DNA from: an uncultured delta proteobacterium
GTDB lineage: Bacteria; Myxococcota_A; Polyangia; Polyangiales; Polyangiaceae
DNA length: 64,000 nt
Assembly (NCBI GenBank): GCA_963696385.1
Contig: CAVOKF010000008.1
Span: 800,001-864,000 of the forward strand
Reading direction: 5' to 3'
The notes beneath the pieces are model-generated. The model ran no database searches. It saw only the letters and a program-made list of their open reading frames with translations, and was not told where the DNA came from. This document shows, piece after piece, positions 39,309 to 51,481 of the stretch. The position numbers and the translations under genes were made by a program. Within the stretch, counting starts at the first letter, position 1, and every line of letters begins with the position of its first letter.

Positions 39309-40137
39309 GCTTGGACCCCAAAATCCCGTAAGGCGGCGTTGAGGCTCACCTTCCGATCGGTTGCGCCGCTACGCTCCCCGATGAGCAGAGCGCACGGAAC
39401 TCCGAATTCGCCAGCCGCGAACTTCTTCGTGCGCACACCGGGGATGATCACGCTGCGGGGGGGACGTATCCTCGATGCTCGACAACACGGTCGCCCCGAA
39501 CGTCGAGGATCGGCGTCGACGATGTGAGCACCACGCCCGCACCGATGACGGCCTCACGTCCGATCCGAACGCCGTCGACAATCACGACGCGCGATCCGAC
39601 GAAGACGCCGTCTTCGACGATGACGGGCGACGCACCGGGGGGCTCGAGGACTCCACCTATGCCGACCCCACCGGCCAAGTGGCAATCGCGGCCGATCTGC
39701 GCGCACGAACCGACCGTCGCCCAGGTGTCGACCATCGTGCCTGCGCCAACGAACGCGCCGATATTGACATAGCCCGGCATGAGAATGACGCCGGGCTCGA
39801 GAAACGATCCATACCGCGCGACGCCGGGGGGTACAACCCGCACTCCGGCGACGTCGAGACCATGTTTCAGCGGAATCTTGTCGTGAAACTCGAAGGGCCC
39901 GATCTCGATCTTGTCCATCCGCCGGAGCGCGAAATACAAGAGGATCGCCTGCATGATCCACGCTTGGGTGGTCCAAGAGCCGCTGTCGCTCGTCGGCGGA
40001 AGGGCAACCCGAAGCTCCCCGCGATCGAGCGCGGCGATCACGGCTTCGATCGCTGCACGATGATGCCCATCTCGGAGCAGTTCGCGATCGGCAAATGTGG
40101 CCTCGACGCGTGGGCGGAGAGTGTCCTCCAGGCTCAT
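39305..40137 (-). CDS. dapD: Tetrahydrodipicolinate N-succinyltransferase with a single-base frameshift in a C7 run
   Basis: DKIPLK, RVVP, MVDTWATVGSCAQIG, GIGGVLEP; conserved C-terminus continues in another frame after 39457-39463. Confidence 0.92.
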
Positions 40138-40168
40138 GGCCCGTACTTCACTTGGCGGTCGGCGATTG

Positions 40169-41011
40169 TCAATCGCCCGCTACCGACGCGAGCGTGATGG
40201 ATCCTCGGCCAGGGCCCAGATCGAGCGCAGCGCCAAGCCGCTCGGCAACACGGCGGGCGGCGTGATCCGAGGGCGCAATCCACGGCATCACGCGGATGGA
40301 TAGGGTCGGGAGATGGGCGTCCGCATGTAGCGCGGCCTCGACGATGAACCGCGCCAGCGGCTGGCAGCGCACGCGAAGGACAAGCGATTCCGCCCTGGAA
40401 GCGTGAACGCACCCGACGAGGAGCGACATGAGCGGGCCGAGGACGTAGGGGTCCGTGACCACGGCGCAATCCAGAGTCGCCTCATCGAATCGCACCACGA
40501 CTTCGCGGCCGCGCGCCGTACCCGACATGCGCCCGACCTCGCGCGCGACGAGGTTGAGCGTGACCTCGGTGGACAAAGGGGCGCTCGCGAGATCGAGAAG
40601 CGCCAGCAAGTCAATGCAGGCCTCGAGCTCGTCGGCGAGGGTACCGGCGCGACTTGCGAGGTCCGGACGGTGGTCCGCTTGGGCTTCCACCGCATCCAGC
40701 AGTGCGTCGAGCTCGCGAACGCGCTCGCTGCCGTACGTGCCCGTTTCGTGCTTCGCGCTCTCTCCCCCGATGGCGACTTGAGCCGCCATCTGCAACGTAG
40801 CCGCGCTCGATCGCAGCTCCGGGATGAGGTCCACGATCGTTTTCCTCGGCACGCTCGGGCTACGCAGCAGCGCCTCGAGGTTGTGAACAGCCGCCAGCGC
40901 CCCTCGCGATGGGCCCCAGGCCGACGCGACGCTGGCGTTCGGACGCCGCCCGGCGGATGGCGGAGCACCGTCCGGCGAATCCGGTTTTCGTCCATTGCTC
41001 TCCGACGACAT
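40169..41011 (-). CDS. Hypothetical protein, possibly a degenerate histidine-kinase-like fold
   Basis: Long ORF; DPYVLGPLMSLL and ARRVAERLGAAL resemble eroded HATPase boxes. Confidence 0.55.
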   Translation of the reverse strand: MSSESNGRKPDSPDGAPPSAGRRPNASVASAWGPSRGALAAVHNLEALLRSPSVPRKTIVDLIPELRSSAATLQMAAQVAIGGESAKHETGTYGSERVRELDALLDAVEAQADHRPDLASRAGTLADELEACIDLLALLDLASAPLSTEVTLNLVAREVGRMSGTARGREVVVRFDEATLDCAVVTDPYVLGPLMSLLVGCVHASRAESLVLRVRCQPLARFIVEAALHADAHLPTLSIRVMPWIAPSDHAARRVAERLGAALDLGPGRGSITLASVAGD

Positions 41012-41134
41012 GCGGACCCTCGAGCTGCTACAGCCCGGCGCCGTGTTCCCGGGGCGCCGAGCCAACGCGCCGCCCCCGCGTCGTCCCATCGACTCAGACG
41101 CGCTGCCTGGTCGGCGCGCCCGAAATGGCCACCA

Positions 41135-41563
41135 TCAAGCGACCGGCGAAACCTCCACTCCCGGAAAAAAATATGCGATCTCTCGCCGGGCGTTATCCAG
41201 CGAATCCGACCCGTGCGTGGCGTTCTCGCCCACGTTCGAGCCGAACTCCTTGCGGATCGTCCCGGGCGCCGCTTTGGCAGGATCGGTGGCGCCCATCAGC
41301 TCCCGCCAAACGCTGACGGCGCTGTCGCGCTCCAGCACCGCGACCACGACCGGCGATCGGGTCATGAACTGAACGAGTTCGCCAAAGAACGGTCGATGCC
41401 GGTGGACGTCGTAGAAGCCCTCCGCTTCCGAACGCCCGAGCCGGATCATCTTCAAGGCGCGGATTTTGAAGCCGCCTTCCTCGACCCGCTGGAGAATGAC
41501 GCCGCACGTTCGTCTTTCGACCGCGTCCGGCTTCACGATGCAAAGAGTGCGTTCGAGCGCCAT
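41135..41563 (-). CDS. ndk: Nucleoside diphosphate kinase
   Basis: [25 protein letters not shown]. Confidence 0.98.
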   Translation of the reverse strand: MALERTLCIVKPDAVERRTCGVILQRVEEGGFKIRALKMIRLGRSEAEGFYDVHRHRPFFGELVQFMTRSPVVVAVLERDSAVSVWRELMGATDPAKAAPGTIRKEFGSNVGENATHGSDSLDNARREIAYFFPGVEVSPVA

Positions 41564-41675
41564 GAGATCTCGTGCCCTCCGGAGGTGGTTTCCGCGCCAG
41601 ACGTGCCGCCGCGCTTGTAGGTGAAAATCGTCGGACACGCAACCGATCCGAGCCGGAAGTTTCTCGCGCGGCGAT

Positions 41676-42569
41676 TCAGTGTCTCAACATCTGCGCCAGA
41701 GTGCTGGCCATGTCGCTGGGGGTAGGGGCGATGCGCGCGCCGGCGGCCTCGAGCGCCGCAATCTTCTCGGCGGCGGTGCCTTTTCCCCCCGCGATGATGG
41801 CCCCGGCGTGCCCCATGCGCTTTCCCGGGGGAGCGGTCGTCCCGGCAATGAACGCGGCGACGGGCTTGCTCATGCGTTCGCGAATGAAACGCGCCGCACG
41901 CTCCTCGGCAGCGCCGCCGATTTCGCCGATGAGAATGACTCCATGGGTATCCGGATCCGCTTGATAGAGCTCCAGCACGTCGACGAAGTCCATTCCGCCG
42001 ACGGGATCGCCACCGATGCCGATGCATGTCGACTGACCCATGCCCCGAGCCGTGAGCTGCCCGACGGCCTCGTAGGTGAGCGTGCCGGAGCGCGACACCA
42101 CACCGACGTGTCCCGATTTGTGAATGTGCCCGGGCATGATCCCGATCTTGCAGCCCTGACCGACGCTGCCGGGCGTGATGATGCCCGGACAGTTGGGGCC
42201 AATGAGACGCGTGTTGGCGCGAAGCCCCTCGAAGACACGCCGCACCTTGAGCATGTCGATCACCGGTATGCCCTCGGTGATGCAGACGACCAGCGCAATC
42301 CCAGCGTCGAATGCCTCAAGAATGGCGTCCGCGGCCCCGGCCGGAGGGACGAAAATACAACTCGCGTTGGCGCCGGTCGCACGGACGCCTTGGACCACTG
42401 TGTCGAAGACGGGAACGCGCGCGTCGAACTTCTCGCCGCCTCGGCCGGGGGTGACTCCCGCGACGAGATTCGTCCCGTAGTCGATCATTTGTTTCGCGTG
42501 GAACGCTCCCGCGGCCCCAGTAATCCCCTGGACGAGAAGACGAGTGTCTTTTCCGACGAGAACGCTCAT
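41676..42569 (-). CDS. sucD: Succinyl-CoA ligase alpha subunit
   Basis: [27 protein letters not shown]. Confidence 0.98.
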   Translation of the reverse strand: MSVLVGKDTRLLVQGITGAAGAFHAKQMIDYGTNLVAGVTPGRGGEKFDARVPVFDTVVQGVRATGANASCIFVPPAGAADAILEAFDAGIALVVCITEGIPVIDMLKVRRVFEGLRANTRLIGPNCPGIITPGSVGQGCKIGIMPGHIHKSGHVGVVSRSGTLTYEAVGQLTARGMGQSTCIGIGGDPVGGMDFVDVLELYQADPDTHGVILIGEIGGAAEERAARFIRERMSKPVAAFIAGTTAPPGKRMGHAGAIIAGGKGTAAEKIAALEAAGARIAPTPSDMASTLAQMLRH

Positions 42570-42579
42570 GAAAGTCCTC

Positions 42580-43773
42580 TCACGATCCGACGGCTGCGAC
42601 GACCTTCTGCGCGCCCTCGGACATGGTCGATGCCGCCTGAATCGACAAACCGCTTTCACTCAGGATCCTGCGTCCGAGCTCGACGTTCGTCCCCTCGAGC
42701 CGCACGACGAGAGGCACCTTCAACCCAACCTCTCTCGCGGCCGCGACGACGCCGTTTGCGATGACGTCGCACTTCATGATGCCGCCGAAGATGTTCACGA
42801 AGATGGCCTTCACCTTCGGGCTTTTGAGGATCATCTTGAACGCTTTGGTCACCTGCTCTTGGTTCGCGCCCCCCCCCACGTCCAGGAAGTTGGCCGGTGC
42901 CACTCCGTGCCGTTCGCCGAAGTGCTTGATGATATCCATCGTCGCCATCGCGAGGCCCGCCCCGTTCACGAGACACCCCACGTTTCCGTCGAGCGCCACG
43001 TAGTTGAGCCCCGACGCCTTCGCTTCGAGCTCCACCGGGTCTTGCTCGTCCGGATCCTCGAGCTGACGCCACTCCGGATGGCGAAACTCGGCGCTGTCGT
43101 CGAGCGTGATCTTGGCGTCCAACGCGACGATATCTCCCGCTTTGGTGACGACCAGCGGGTTGATCTCGCACAGCGAGCAGTCTTCGCGAACGAACACCTC
43201 GTACAGGGCCCCCAGCGCTTTGACGAATTGGCCGAGCCATCGCTTGTCGCCGAGTCCAAGACCGAACGCGAGATCGCGAGCCTGATAGGCGGCCAGTCCA
43301 ATCGCCGGGTCCACATACAGCGTGCGGATCTTCTCCGGCGATTTTTCGGCCACCTGCTCGATTTCCACCCCACCTTCGACCGACGCCATGAGGGCGATCC
43401 GCCGCCGGTCGCGATCGATCACCATGCCTAGGTACAGTTCGCGCGCGATGTCGAGCCCTTGTTCGATGTAGAGCCGTCGGACCCTTTGCCCATTCGGCCC
43501 TGTTTGATGCGTCACGAGTTGCATCCCCAGCATCGTCTTCGCGATGGCGCGCACCTCGCTCTCCCCCGCCTTGGCGACCTTGACGCCCCCGCCCTTGCCA
43601 CGCCCTCCGGCGTGGATCTGCGCCTTGACGACCACAACCTGGTTGCCGGTCTCCTCGGCGAGCTTGCGGGCTGCGGCTCCGGCAAGGTCGACGGTCAGTG
43701 CCAGGTGGCCGCGAGGCACCGGCACGCCGTAACGCGCGAAGAATTGCTTCGCCTGGTACTCATGAATCTTCAT
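42580..43773 (-). CDS. sucC: Succinyl-CoA ligase beta subunit
   Basis: [38 protein letters not shown]. Confidence 0.98.
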   Translation of the reverse strand: MKIHEYQAKQFFARYGVPVPRGHLALTVDLAGAAARKLAEETGNQVVVVKAQIHAGGRGKGGGVKVAKAGESEVRAIAKTMLGMQLVTHQTGPNGQRVRRLYIEQGLDIARELYLGMVIDRDRRRIALMASVEGGVEIEQVAEKSPEKIRTLYVDPAIGLAAYQARDLAFGLGLGDKRWLGQFVKALGALYEVFVREDCSLCEINPLVVTKAGDIVALDAKITLDDSAEFRHPEWRQLEDPDEQDPVELEAKASGLNYVALDGNVGCLVNGAGLAMATMDIIKHFGERHGVAPANFLDVGGGANQEQVTKAFKMILKSPKVKAIFVNIFGGIMKCDVIANGVVAAAREVGLKVPLVVRLEGTNVELGRRILSESGLSIQAASTMSEGAQKVVAAVGS

Positions 43774-43829
43774 GCGCGAGCTGCACGCTAGCACAGGCTC
43801 GGATCGCAAACCTACCGGGGTCCCGGCCG

Positions 43830-44816
43830 TCAGCGCCTGCGCTCAATGGGGCGTGCCCCCCGCTTGCTCGCGAACCAATCGCTCGACAGGTGGCGAGGAA
43901 GCGCTGACGCGTAGAGGCAATCGCGCAGCGCATTCGTCTCCCAGGTCACCTGGGAGTGAAAGACCCCGGTCCGTACGAAAACGGCCTCCGCGTGCGACAG
44001 ATCGTGACGCGATAGGGTCCCTTCTTGCTGCTCTTCCGCGCACAGGACGGCCGCGTGCTCGAGTTCCTCGCGAAGCATGCGGCTATTGGTCTCGGTCGTC
44101 GTGCCCTCGACAAAATAATCGACGAGCTTGTGGCGCCGATGCAACGGCTCGCCTCGGCGCGCAACAGCCCAATCGCGAAACGCGTCCAGTTCGGCATAGA
44201 GCGCATCGAACAAATACGTCTCACGGACGTCGACGCCGCCGCCGCGCAGGCAAGCGCCGGCCGCATGATAGCCGCCCGAGTGCGCGCTCAGACAAACCGT
44301 GCCTAGGGACGCGCTCGCGGGAAAACGCGTGTCGCCCAGCGTCGTACGGCCGGCACGGGCGGCGCTCACGACCGCGTCTTTGAGCAAGCGCTCGAGTCCG
44401 CCGGGCGATTCCAGTTTGCCGCAGGAAGAGTCCGCGGCGAGCACGGCGAGCTGGGGGACGACCAGGATCGCGTTCTGGCGACTGTCCGACACTTGCTCAC
44501 GCAGCTGGTGGGCCGCTGTGGCCTGCTCGGCGGTCGTATTGTGGCCGTGGAAATGCACGAGCACCGCCACGCCCTCGTCGTCGTAGAACCGATAATGGCT
44601 CGGGACGAATACGAGAACGGTGTCGTCCCTATACCCACCACCCTGAGCAGGAAACGGCGCATTGTCGAGACCCAGCAAAAGGGTCGTTCCGTGTCCGTCG
44701 CGTGCGACTGACTTGAGGCGCGTGGGGCCGGCCGCCAGCGGCTGCGCTCGACCGGGGCGAGCGGCCATCGTCCAGATCGTCGCCGCCGTACCGGCGATGA
44801 AACTGCGGCGGTCCAT
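43830..44816 (-). CDS. Tat-exported alpha/beta-hydrolase-like protein
   Basis: DRRSFI twin-arginine signal; HFHGH; AHSGG; LFDALY. Confidence 0.7.
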   Translation of the reverse strand: MDRRSFIAGTAATIWTMAARPGRAQPLAAGPTRLKSVARDGHGTTLLLGLDNAPFPAQGGGYRDDTVLVFVPSHYRFYDDEGVAVLVHFHGHNTTAEQATAAHQLREQVSDSRQNAILVVPQLAVLAADSSCGKLESPGGLERLLKDAVVSAARAGRTTLGDTRFPASASLGTVCLSAHSGGYHAAGACLRGGGVDVRETYLFDALYAELDAFRDWAVARRGEPLHRRHKLVDYFVEGTTTETNSRMLREELEHAAVLCAEEQQEGTLSRHDLSHAEAVFVRTGVFHSQVTWETNALRDCLYASALPRHLSSDWFASKRGARPIERRR

Positions 44817-44887
44817 CGCCACAGGCATGCCCCGAATCCGCCTTCGAGAGCAAGTTTTTCGAGCGGGGCCCAGCGTCTCGGCCCCCG

Positions 44888-45826
44888 TCAGCCTTTCTTG
44901 CAGAGATCGACCACGGCTTGCACGCTCTTGGCGCTCCTGGCCAACATGGCCCGCTCCGCTTCGGTCAGCGGGATCTCGACGACCTTTTCGACGCCGGATC
45001 CACCGATGATGCACGGGACGCCCATGAACAGGTCCCGATAACCGTATTCGCCCTCCAGGTATGCGGCGCACGGCAAGAGTCGCTTCTCGTCGCCGAGGAA
45101 CGCTCTTGCCATCGCGACGGCGCTGGAAGCCGGCGCGTAGTAAGCGCTCGTCCCCATCAGGTTGACGATTTCGCCTCCGCCCTTGCGGGTTCGATCGACG
45201 ATCTTTTCGAGCTTTTCGGCGGTAATGACAGCCGATGCCGGCGCGCCGTGAATCGTGGCCATCGACAACACGGGCACCATGTCGTCGCCGTGACCGCCAA
45301 GAACCATCGCACGGACGTCCCTGACGCTCACGCCCGCTTCGCGCGCGAGAAAGAGTTGGAAGCGAGCGGCGTCGAGCACGCCGGCCATTCCGACGACGAG
45401 GTTCCTCGGTGCCCCCACCACGCGCCTGTATTCATAGACCATCGCGTCGAGCGGGTTGCTGATCACGATCACGAACGCATTCGGACAGACTTTCTTCGCG
45501 TTGCTGGCAACATCCCGGATGATCGGCAAATTTGTCGCAACCAGATCGTCGCGCGATTGGCCGGGCTTGCGCGGGATACCCGCGGTCACGATGAGGACGT
45601 GGGCCCCTTCGAGATCCGCCCAGGTACTGGTCCCCCGAATTTTCGAATCGTACGAGAGGACGGCGCCGTTTTGCTCCAAGTCGAGCGCCTTGCCCTTCGC
45701 GAGGTTTTCCTTGGCCGCGATGTCATAGAGAAAGACATCGCCGAGCTCTTCGTTCGCGCAGAGCCGTGCGAGCTCTCCGCCGATGTTGCCTGCGCCGATG
45801 AGGCCGATCTTTTTCCGGTTGGGCAT
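44888..45826 (-). CDS. mdh: Malate dehydrogenase (LDH-like)
   Basis: IGAGNIG, PRKPGQSRDDL, SNPLD, LGGHGD, SAYYAPA. Confidence 0.97.
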   Translation of the reverse strand: MPNRKKIGLIGAGNIGGELARLCANEELGDVFLYDIAAKENLAKGKALDLEQNGAVLSYDSKIRGTSTWADLEGAHVLIVTAGIPRKPGQSRDDLVATNLPIIRDVASNAKKVCPNAFVIVISNPLDAMVYEYRRVVGAPRNLVVGMAGVLDAARFQLFLAREAGVSVRDVRAMVLGGHGDDMVPVLSMATIHGAPASAVITAEKLEKIVDRTRKGGGEIVNLMGTSAYYAPASSAVAMARAFLGDEKRLLPCAAYLEGEYGYRDLFMGVPCIIGGSGVEKVVEIPLTEAERAMLARSAKSVQAVVDLCKKG

Positions 45827-45835
45827 GGACCCATT

Positions 45836-47131
45836 TTACATGTGCTCGATGACGTTGTCGCCGAACTCCGAGCACTTGATCTCGGTGCCCCCATCCATCA
45901 TCCGGGCGAAGTCATACGTGACGCGCTTGCTCGCGATCGCGCCGTCCATTCCCCGGATGACCCGATCGGCAGCCTCCGTCCAGCCCAGGTGCCGAAGCAT
46001 CATCTCGCCGCTCAGAACGACCGACCCCGGGTTGACGCGGTCGAGATCGGCGTATTTCGGCGCGGTTCCATGGGTCGCTTCGAAAATGGCGTGACCGGTC
46101 AGGTAGTTGATGTTGCCGCCGGGCGCGATGCCGATTCCCCCGACTTGCGCGGCGAGCGCATCACTGAGGTAGTCGCCGTTGAGGTTGAGCGTGGCGATCA
46201 CATCGAAGTCTTTTGCTCGGGTGAGCACCTGCTGCAAGGCAATGTCCGCAATCGTGTCCTTCACCAGAATCTTGCCCGCCTCGAGCTCGGCACGCTGCTC
46301 GGCGTTCGCCGCCGCCTCACCTCGAGCAGCCTTGGTTTTCTCCCATTGATCCCAGGTGTACACCGCGTGCGCAAATTCGCCTCTCGCGAGCGCATAGCCC
46401 CAGCGCATGAACGCCCCTTCGGTGAACTTCATGATGTTCCCTTTGTGAACGAAGGTGACGCTCTTTCGCTTGCCGGCGATGGCGTACTCGATGGCCGCCC
46501 GCACGAGGCGCTCGGTCCCCTCCTTGCTCACGGGCTTGATGCCGATGGCCGTGGTCTTGGGAAAGCGAATCTTGTGGAAGTCGGCCGGAAACTCCTTCTC
46601 GATGAACCCGAGGATCTTGCGCGCGGCATCGCTTCCGGCCTCGTATTCAATGCCCGCATAAATGTCTTCCGTGTTCTCGCGAAAAATCACCATGTCGACG
46701 TCTTGCGGCCGCTTGACGGGGCTGGGCACGCCCACGAACCAGCGAACGGGCCGCAAGCAAACGTACAGATCGAGCATCTGTCGGAGGGCCACGTTGAGCG
46801 ATCGAATGCCGCCGCCGATGGGCGTGGTGAGCGGCCCCTTGATGCCCACGAGGTACGTGCGGAACGCCTCGACCGTCTGGTCGGGAAGCCAGTTGTCGAA
46901 CAGGCCGTGCGCCTTCTCTCCAGCATAGACCTCGTACCACGCGATTTTGCGTTTGCCCGCGTAGGCTTTGGCCACCGCTGCGTCGATCACGCGCACCGAC
47001 GCGCGCCAGATGTCGCGACCTGTGCCGTCGCCCTCGATGAAGGGCACAACGGGGTTGTCGGGTACGATGAGCCGCTGGTTCGGACCCATGGTGATCGGTT
47101 GGCCGTGCGGAGGTGGCGTGAACGGCGTCAT
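45836..47131 (-). CDS. icd: NADP-dependent isocitrate dehydrogenase
   Basis: [35 protein letters not shown]. Confidence 0.98.
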   Translation of the reverse strand: MTPFTPPPHGQPITMGPNQRLIVPDNPVVPFIEGDGTGRDIWRASVRVIDAAVAKAYAGKRKIAWYEVYAGEKAHGLFDNWLPDQTVEAFRTYLVGIKGPLTTPIGGGIRSLNVALRQMLDLYVCLRPVRWFVGVPSPVKRPQDVDMVIFRENTEDIYAGIEYEAGSDAARKILGFIEKEFPADFHKIRFPKTTAIGIKPVSKEGTERLVRAAIEYAIAGKRKSVTFVHKGNIMKFTEGAFMRWGYALARGEFAHAVYTWDQWEKTKAARGEAAANAEQRAELEAGKILVKDTIADIALQQVLTRAKDFDVIATLNLNGDYLSDALAAQVGGIGIAPGGNINYLTGHAIFEATHGTAPKYADLDRVNPGSVVLSGEMMLRHLGWTEAADRVIRGMDGAIASKRVTYDFARMMDGGTEIKCSEFGDNVIEHM

Positions 47132-47234
47132 GGCGGCTTCCTTCCTGCCTGCGAGGGGCGCGAGACTACGCCGAACGACCCCGTCTTGGACAGAGGTTCG
47201 CCCGGCTGACCCCTACTGCTCTGGGGCGGTGTAC

Positions 47235-48158
47235 TTAGACTACGGCCTTGCCCATCACGTGATACCCTTTGTCGACATAAAGCACCGAGCCGGTGATCCC
47301 GCTGGCGAGCGGGCTGCAAAGGAAGGCGGCCGCCGCACCGACCTCGCGCGCCTGCAGCGCCTCCGGCAAAGGTGAGTTCGCTCGCGTGTAATCGACCATC
47401 TGCTCGATGAAAGACTTTCCTTTCGCGCCGCCTTCGCCCGGTGCAGCCCCGATTGCGCTGGCCGCTCGCGATACGAGTGGCCCAGCACTGATGCAATTGA
47501 CGCGATGGCCCCACTTGCGCCCCACCTCCCAGGCGAGCACGCGTGTGTCGCTCTCGAGGGCGGCCTTCGCGCTCGACATGCCGCCGCCGTAGCCGGGAAC
47601 GACGCGCTCGCTCGCGAGATACGTCAGGCTCACGAAGGCGCCCCCCGGCCGCACGAGCGGTCCGGCCCGCTGCACCAGAGCAACCATCGAGTACGCGCTC
47701 ACGCTCAGCGCGGCGAGATAGCCTTTGCGGCTCGTCGCCAACAAATCTCGGTTTACCTCAGGCCCATTCGCCAGCGCATGCACGACGAGGTCGAGGCATG
47801 GTTGGCCAAAATCCGTACGCAGCCGATCGAGGCAGCCTTCGATACTGAAGTCTCCCAGCTCCTTGTATCGCTTGTTCTCCCGAACGTCGGCCGGAGCATC
47901 GTCGAGCACGTCGAACTCCGCGTCGAGCGGCAGGACGCGCTCGAACTCGAGCTTGCGACCGTCGGACAACGCGAGCGAGGCGTCGAGCTTGCCGCGACGA
48001 AGCAGCGTCTGAAATATGCCCAGAGCGGGGGGCCACGTGCCGACGCAAACAGTCGCTCCCGCCTCGGCCAAAGCCTTCGCGATGGCAAAGCCGAATCCAG
48101 CATCGTCCGCCACGCCCGCAACGAAGGCACGCTTGCCCGAAAGGTCGATGGTAAGCAT
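47235..48158 (-). CDS. fabI: Enoyl-ACP reductase (plastid/Chlamydia-like FabI)
   Basis: [43 protein letters not shown]. Confidence 0.92.
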   Translation of the reverse strand: MLTIDLSGKRAFVAGVADDAGFGFAIAKALAEAGATVCVGTWPPALGIFQTLLRRGKLDASLALSDGRKLEFERVLPLDAEFDVLDDAPADVRENKRYKELGDFSIEGCLDRLRTDFGQPCLDLVVHALANGPEVNRDLLATSRKGYLAALSVSAYSMVALVQRAGPLVRPGGAFVSLTYLASERVVPGYGGGMSSAKAALESDTRVLAWEVGRKWGHRVNCISAGPLVSRAASAIGAAPGEGGAKGKSFIEQMVDYTRANSPLPEALQAREVGAAAAFLCSPLASGITGSVLYVDKGYHVMGKAVV

Positions 48159-48195
48159 GAAGGAGGCGCTCACAATCAGCCAACGGTCGAAAGAG

Positions 48196-49512
48196 TCAAG
48201 GGCTGAGCGTCCCGCCCGCGTCGGTCGCAGTGCCCAGCCGGCGGACGACGGCCACAAAGAACCCGTCCATTCCCGCGTCCCCGCCGTCCGGAGCATCGTC
48301 GAAGCGCCATGTACGAAGGAAGCGTCCGTCGGGTGTAGCGAGACCCTGCGTGCGGGCGCGGCCGAGCACGTCGCGCACCGTGACGGGCGAGTAGTCCGTT
48401 CGATTCTCGAGAAACCGCATAACGGCTTGTTCGGCTTCGCTCGGGAGAAAGGAACATGTGGCGAAGACGAGGCGCCCGTGGACCTCGACCAGACTCGCGG
48501 CCGCGCTCAACAGCGCTCCCTGCGCTTCGATGAGCCGCGCGAGGTCATCGGGGCGCAGACGCCAACGCGCTTCCGGGTTTCGGCGGATGGCTCCGAGCCC
48601 GGAACAGGGCGCGTCGAGCAGAACGCGCGATGCCAGCCCTCCCATCGCTAGCACGACGCCGTCGATGGCGGCCGGGGCCAGCAAGTCCACCGCGACGGCC
48701 CGCACGTTGCTTGCGCCCGCACGACGCGCGCGACGGCGGAGCTCCGAGAGCTTGTCCTCGGACATATCGAGCGCGACGACGTGGCCCTTGCCTCCAAGGA
48801 GGGCGGCGATCGCCAGGGTCTTACCGCCCGCCCCGGCGCAGGCATCCACGACGAGCGACCGCGGCGGCGGGGCGACGACCTGTGCCACCAGCTGGGACGC
48901 TTCGTCTTGCATCTCGAAATCGCCGCGGGCGAATCCTTGAGCCCGGAACGGCGAACGGTCGCCTTCGAGCACGATGCCTTGGGCCGAGTGCACCGTGGGT
49001 CGTGCAATCCGTCCCTCTCGCTCGAACGCACGCAGTACCTCGTCTCGGGTGGAACGCAGGGTGTTCACCCTCACGACGCGTGGGGCAGGCGCATTCATTC
49101 GAACGAGCGACCTCTCGAGCGCTTGCACGCCGAGCTCCGTCTCGATCCGCTGCACGATCCAGTCTGGGAACGAGAACGCGATGGCGAGACGTTCGGCTGG
49201 TCGTTCGACGCGGCCGATGCGCTCGCCGAGGTCCTGAACGTCCCCGCGCGCGATCGCGAAAAGGGCAGTGAAGCGGTCCGCGGCGTCATCGCTCTGCGTC
49301 GCGAACGCGAGCAAACGGTCGTACTTCACCAACGCTTGAACGGTTGCTGCGACGGCGGCCGCATCGGGCTCGGAGACCCCGCGCAGCACGCGCTCCAAAA
49401 CGTCGCTCAAGAACGGCCAGCGCCTACGGCGCGCGTCGTCGTAGGCGGCTATCGCGAGCGGACGAATTCGCGAAGCGGCTTCTTCAGTGCAGCCGACGAA
49501 TACGCGAAGCAT
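48196..49512 (-). CDS. RsmB/NOP-family RNA m5C methyltransferase
   Basis: [26 protein letters not shown]; start uncertain. Confidence 0.9.
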   Translation of the reverse strand: MLRVFVGCTEEAASRIRPLAIAAYDDARRRRWPFLSDVLERVLRGVSEPDAAAVAATVQALVKYDRLLAFATQSDDAADRFTALFAIARGDVQDLGERIGRVERPAERLAIAFSFPDWIVQRIETELGVQALERSLVRMNAPAPRVVRVNTLRSTRDEVLRAFEREGRIARPTVHSAQGIVLEGDRSPFRAQGFARGDFEMQDEASQLVAQVVAPPPRSLVVDACAGAGGKTLAIAALLGGKGHVVALDMSEDKLSELRRRARRAGASNVRAVAVDLLAPAAIDGVVLAMGGLASRVLLDAPCSGLGAIRRNPEARWRLRPDDLARLIEAQGALLSAAASLVEVHGRLVFATCSFLPSEAEQAVMRFLENRTDYSPVTVRDVLGRARTQGLATPDGRFLRTWRFDDAPDGGDAGMDGFFVAVVRRLGTATDAGGTLSP

Positions 49513-51385
49513 GGGGCTCCGGGGGAACGAGGCACGCGGGCCCGTTTCCAATAAGATCCACTCGATTCGCTTTTCGAAGCGCCTCGCGTCCGAGCGCGTG
49601 TTGCGCAGGATCCCACCAATAAAGCAGAGCCTTCATCATCCTTTTTTCGCGAAGGTCGCGGACCACTGCCACCGGCTCCATCGTCAAAGGATCGATCCCG
49701 GTGAAGTACATCGCCGTCGCGATCGCCATGGGCGTCGGAATGAAGTCCTGCACCTGGCGAGGGCGCATGTTCTGGCGTTTGAGCCAGAGGGCAAGTTCGA
49801 TCGTGTCTTTCAGCGTCGATCCTGGATGGGCGGTGATGAAATACGGGACCAAGTACTGTTCCTTGCCGGCCTGTTCGCTCGCCTGGCAGAACGCTCGGGC
49901 GAAGCGCTCGTAGTGCTCAATCGGCGGCTTCTTCATCTTGTCGAGAACCTGCGGATTCGAGTGCTCCGGTGCGACGCTCAGTTGCCCGCCGGTATGGTGG
50001 CGCGCTAGTTCCCGCACGAACTCCGGGCTCCGCGCGGCCAGATCGTAGCGCACGCCGCTCGCCACATAGACCCGTTCGATGCCTGGCTCGCTCCGCACGC
50101 GACGAAGAAGGTCGACGAGTGGATCGTGATCGGTGACGAGGTTCTCGCAGATACCTGGATGCACACACGAGAGCCGACGGCACGCCTGCTCGGTCCGGTC
50201 ATCCTTGCAGCGCATCTTGTACATGTTGGCGGTCGGGCCACCCACGTCGGTGATCACCCCGCGAAAGTCCTCCATGCGCGAGAGGGCGCGAACCTCTCGG
50301 AGCACGCTGTCCGCGCTGCGGCTTTGGATGATCCTCCCCTCGTGCTCGGTAATGCTGCAGAACGTGCATCCGCCGAAGCAGCCGCGCATCGTCACGATCG
50401 AATGCCGGATCGTCTCGAACGCAGGGATGCGATCCCCGCCGTAACTCCAATGTGGACGACGCGCAAAGGGCAAGTCGTAGAGGCCGTCCATCTCTGCTTC
50501 ATCGAGCGGTAGAGCCGGAGGATTGAAGTAAACGGCTTCGGATCCATGCGGTTGCAGAAGCGGGCGCGCATTGTGCGCATTGGTTTCGTACTGAAATATC
50601 CGCGACATTTTCGCGAAAGCAGTCTTGTCGCGCGCCACCTCCTCGTACGAGGGCAAGAGGACCGGCCTGCCGTCCGTCACGTACCGACTCGCGCCCAGAG
50701 CGACGTCGGTCCAAGCTCGCCGATTTTTCTTCACATGCGCGGTCCCACGCACGTCCGTGAGCTGCTCGACCCGTTCGCCGCCTGCAAGTCGCCGCGCGAT
50801 CTCCCAAGCCGGGCGCTCTCCCATTCCGAAGACAATGAGATCCGCCTTGCTATCCAGCAGAACCGAACGCCTGACGGAATCACTCCAGTAGTCGTAGTGA
50901 GCGATGCGCCGAAGCGACGCCTCGATGCCGCCAATGATGACGGGTAGCCCGGGGAACGCCTGCCGACAAAGGTTCGCGTATACGATGGTCGCCCGGTTCG
51001 GCCGCATGTTCGTGCGACCAGAAGGCGAATACTGGTCCTCGGAACGGACCTTCTTCTGCGCGGTCAGCTTGTTCAACATCGAGTCCAAGTTCCCGGCACT
51101 CACCCCGACGAAGAGGCGCGGCCGTCCCATTCGCGCGATATCGTCGATCGAGGTCCACCGCGGCTGAGCGACCACGCCAACGCGAAAGCCTCGTGCCTCG
51201 AGAAAGCGAGCGACCAGGACGGGCCCAAAGGCCGGGTGGTCGACATACGCGTCGCCGGTCACGATCAGGACGTCGAGATCGTCCCACCGGCGCGCCCGCA
51301 TTTCCTCGCGCGTCGTGGGAAGAAATGCCGTCAAGTCGCGCGCCGCGCGGCCGTGGTGAGAGGTGCGAAGCGGTACGAGCGACAT
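49484..51385 (-). CDS. YgiQ-family (UPF0313) radical SAM protein
   Basis: GDAYVDHP, EASLRRIAHYDYW, RGCFGGCTFC, GGPTANMY. Confidence 0.95.
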   Translation of the reverse strand: MSLVPLRTSHHGRAARDLTAFLPTTREEMRARRWDDLDVLIVTGDAYVDHPAFGPVLVARFLEARGFRVGVVAQPRWTSIDDIARMGRPRLFVGVSAGNLDSMLNKLTAQKKVRSEDQYSPSGRTNMRPNRATIVYANLCRQAFPGLPVIIGGIEASLRRIAHYDYWSDSVRRSVLLDSKADLIVFGMGERPAWEIARRLAGGERVEQLTDVRGTAHVKKNRRAWTDVALGASRYVTDGRPVLLPSYEEVARDKTAFAKMSRIFQYETNAHNARPLLQPHGSEAVYFNPPALPLDEAEMDGLYDLPFARRPHWSYGGDRIPAFETIRHSIVTMRGCFGGCTFCSITEHEGRIIQSRSADSVLREVRALSRMEDFRGVITDVGGPTANMYKMRCKDDRTEQACRRLSCVHPGICENLVTDHDPLVDLLRRVRSEPGIERVYVASGVRYDLAARSPEFVRELARHHTGGQLSVAPEHSNPQVLDKMKKPPIEHYERFARAFCQASEQAGKEQYLVPYFITAHPGSTLKDTIELALWLKRQNMRPRQVQDFIPTPMAIATAMYFTGIDPLTMEPVAVVRDLREKRMMKALLYWWDPAQHALGREALRKANRVDLIGNGPACLVPPEPHASRIRRLH

Positions 51386-51481
51386 CGCTGCGCCGCAGTG
51401 TGAACGAGCGCGCGTCGTTGCGCCACCGCTCAAGCGCTGTCGCAAAGTCGATCGGCCGCGTGCTAACGATGGGGGGCTCGA

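Noticed and set aside
44918..47209. 763-aa + strand ORF and similar long antisense ORFs (6375-8093, 22475-23602, 35981-37678, 59494-60663)
   Set aside because: Shadow ORFs opposite clear genes, expected at high GC3
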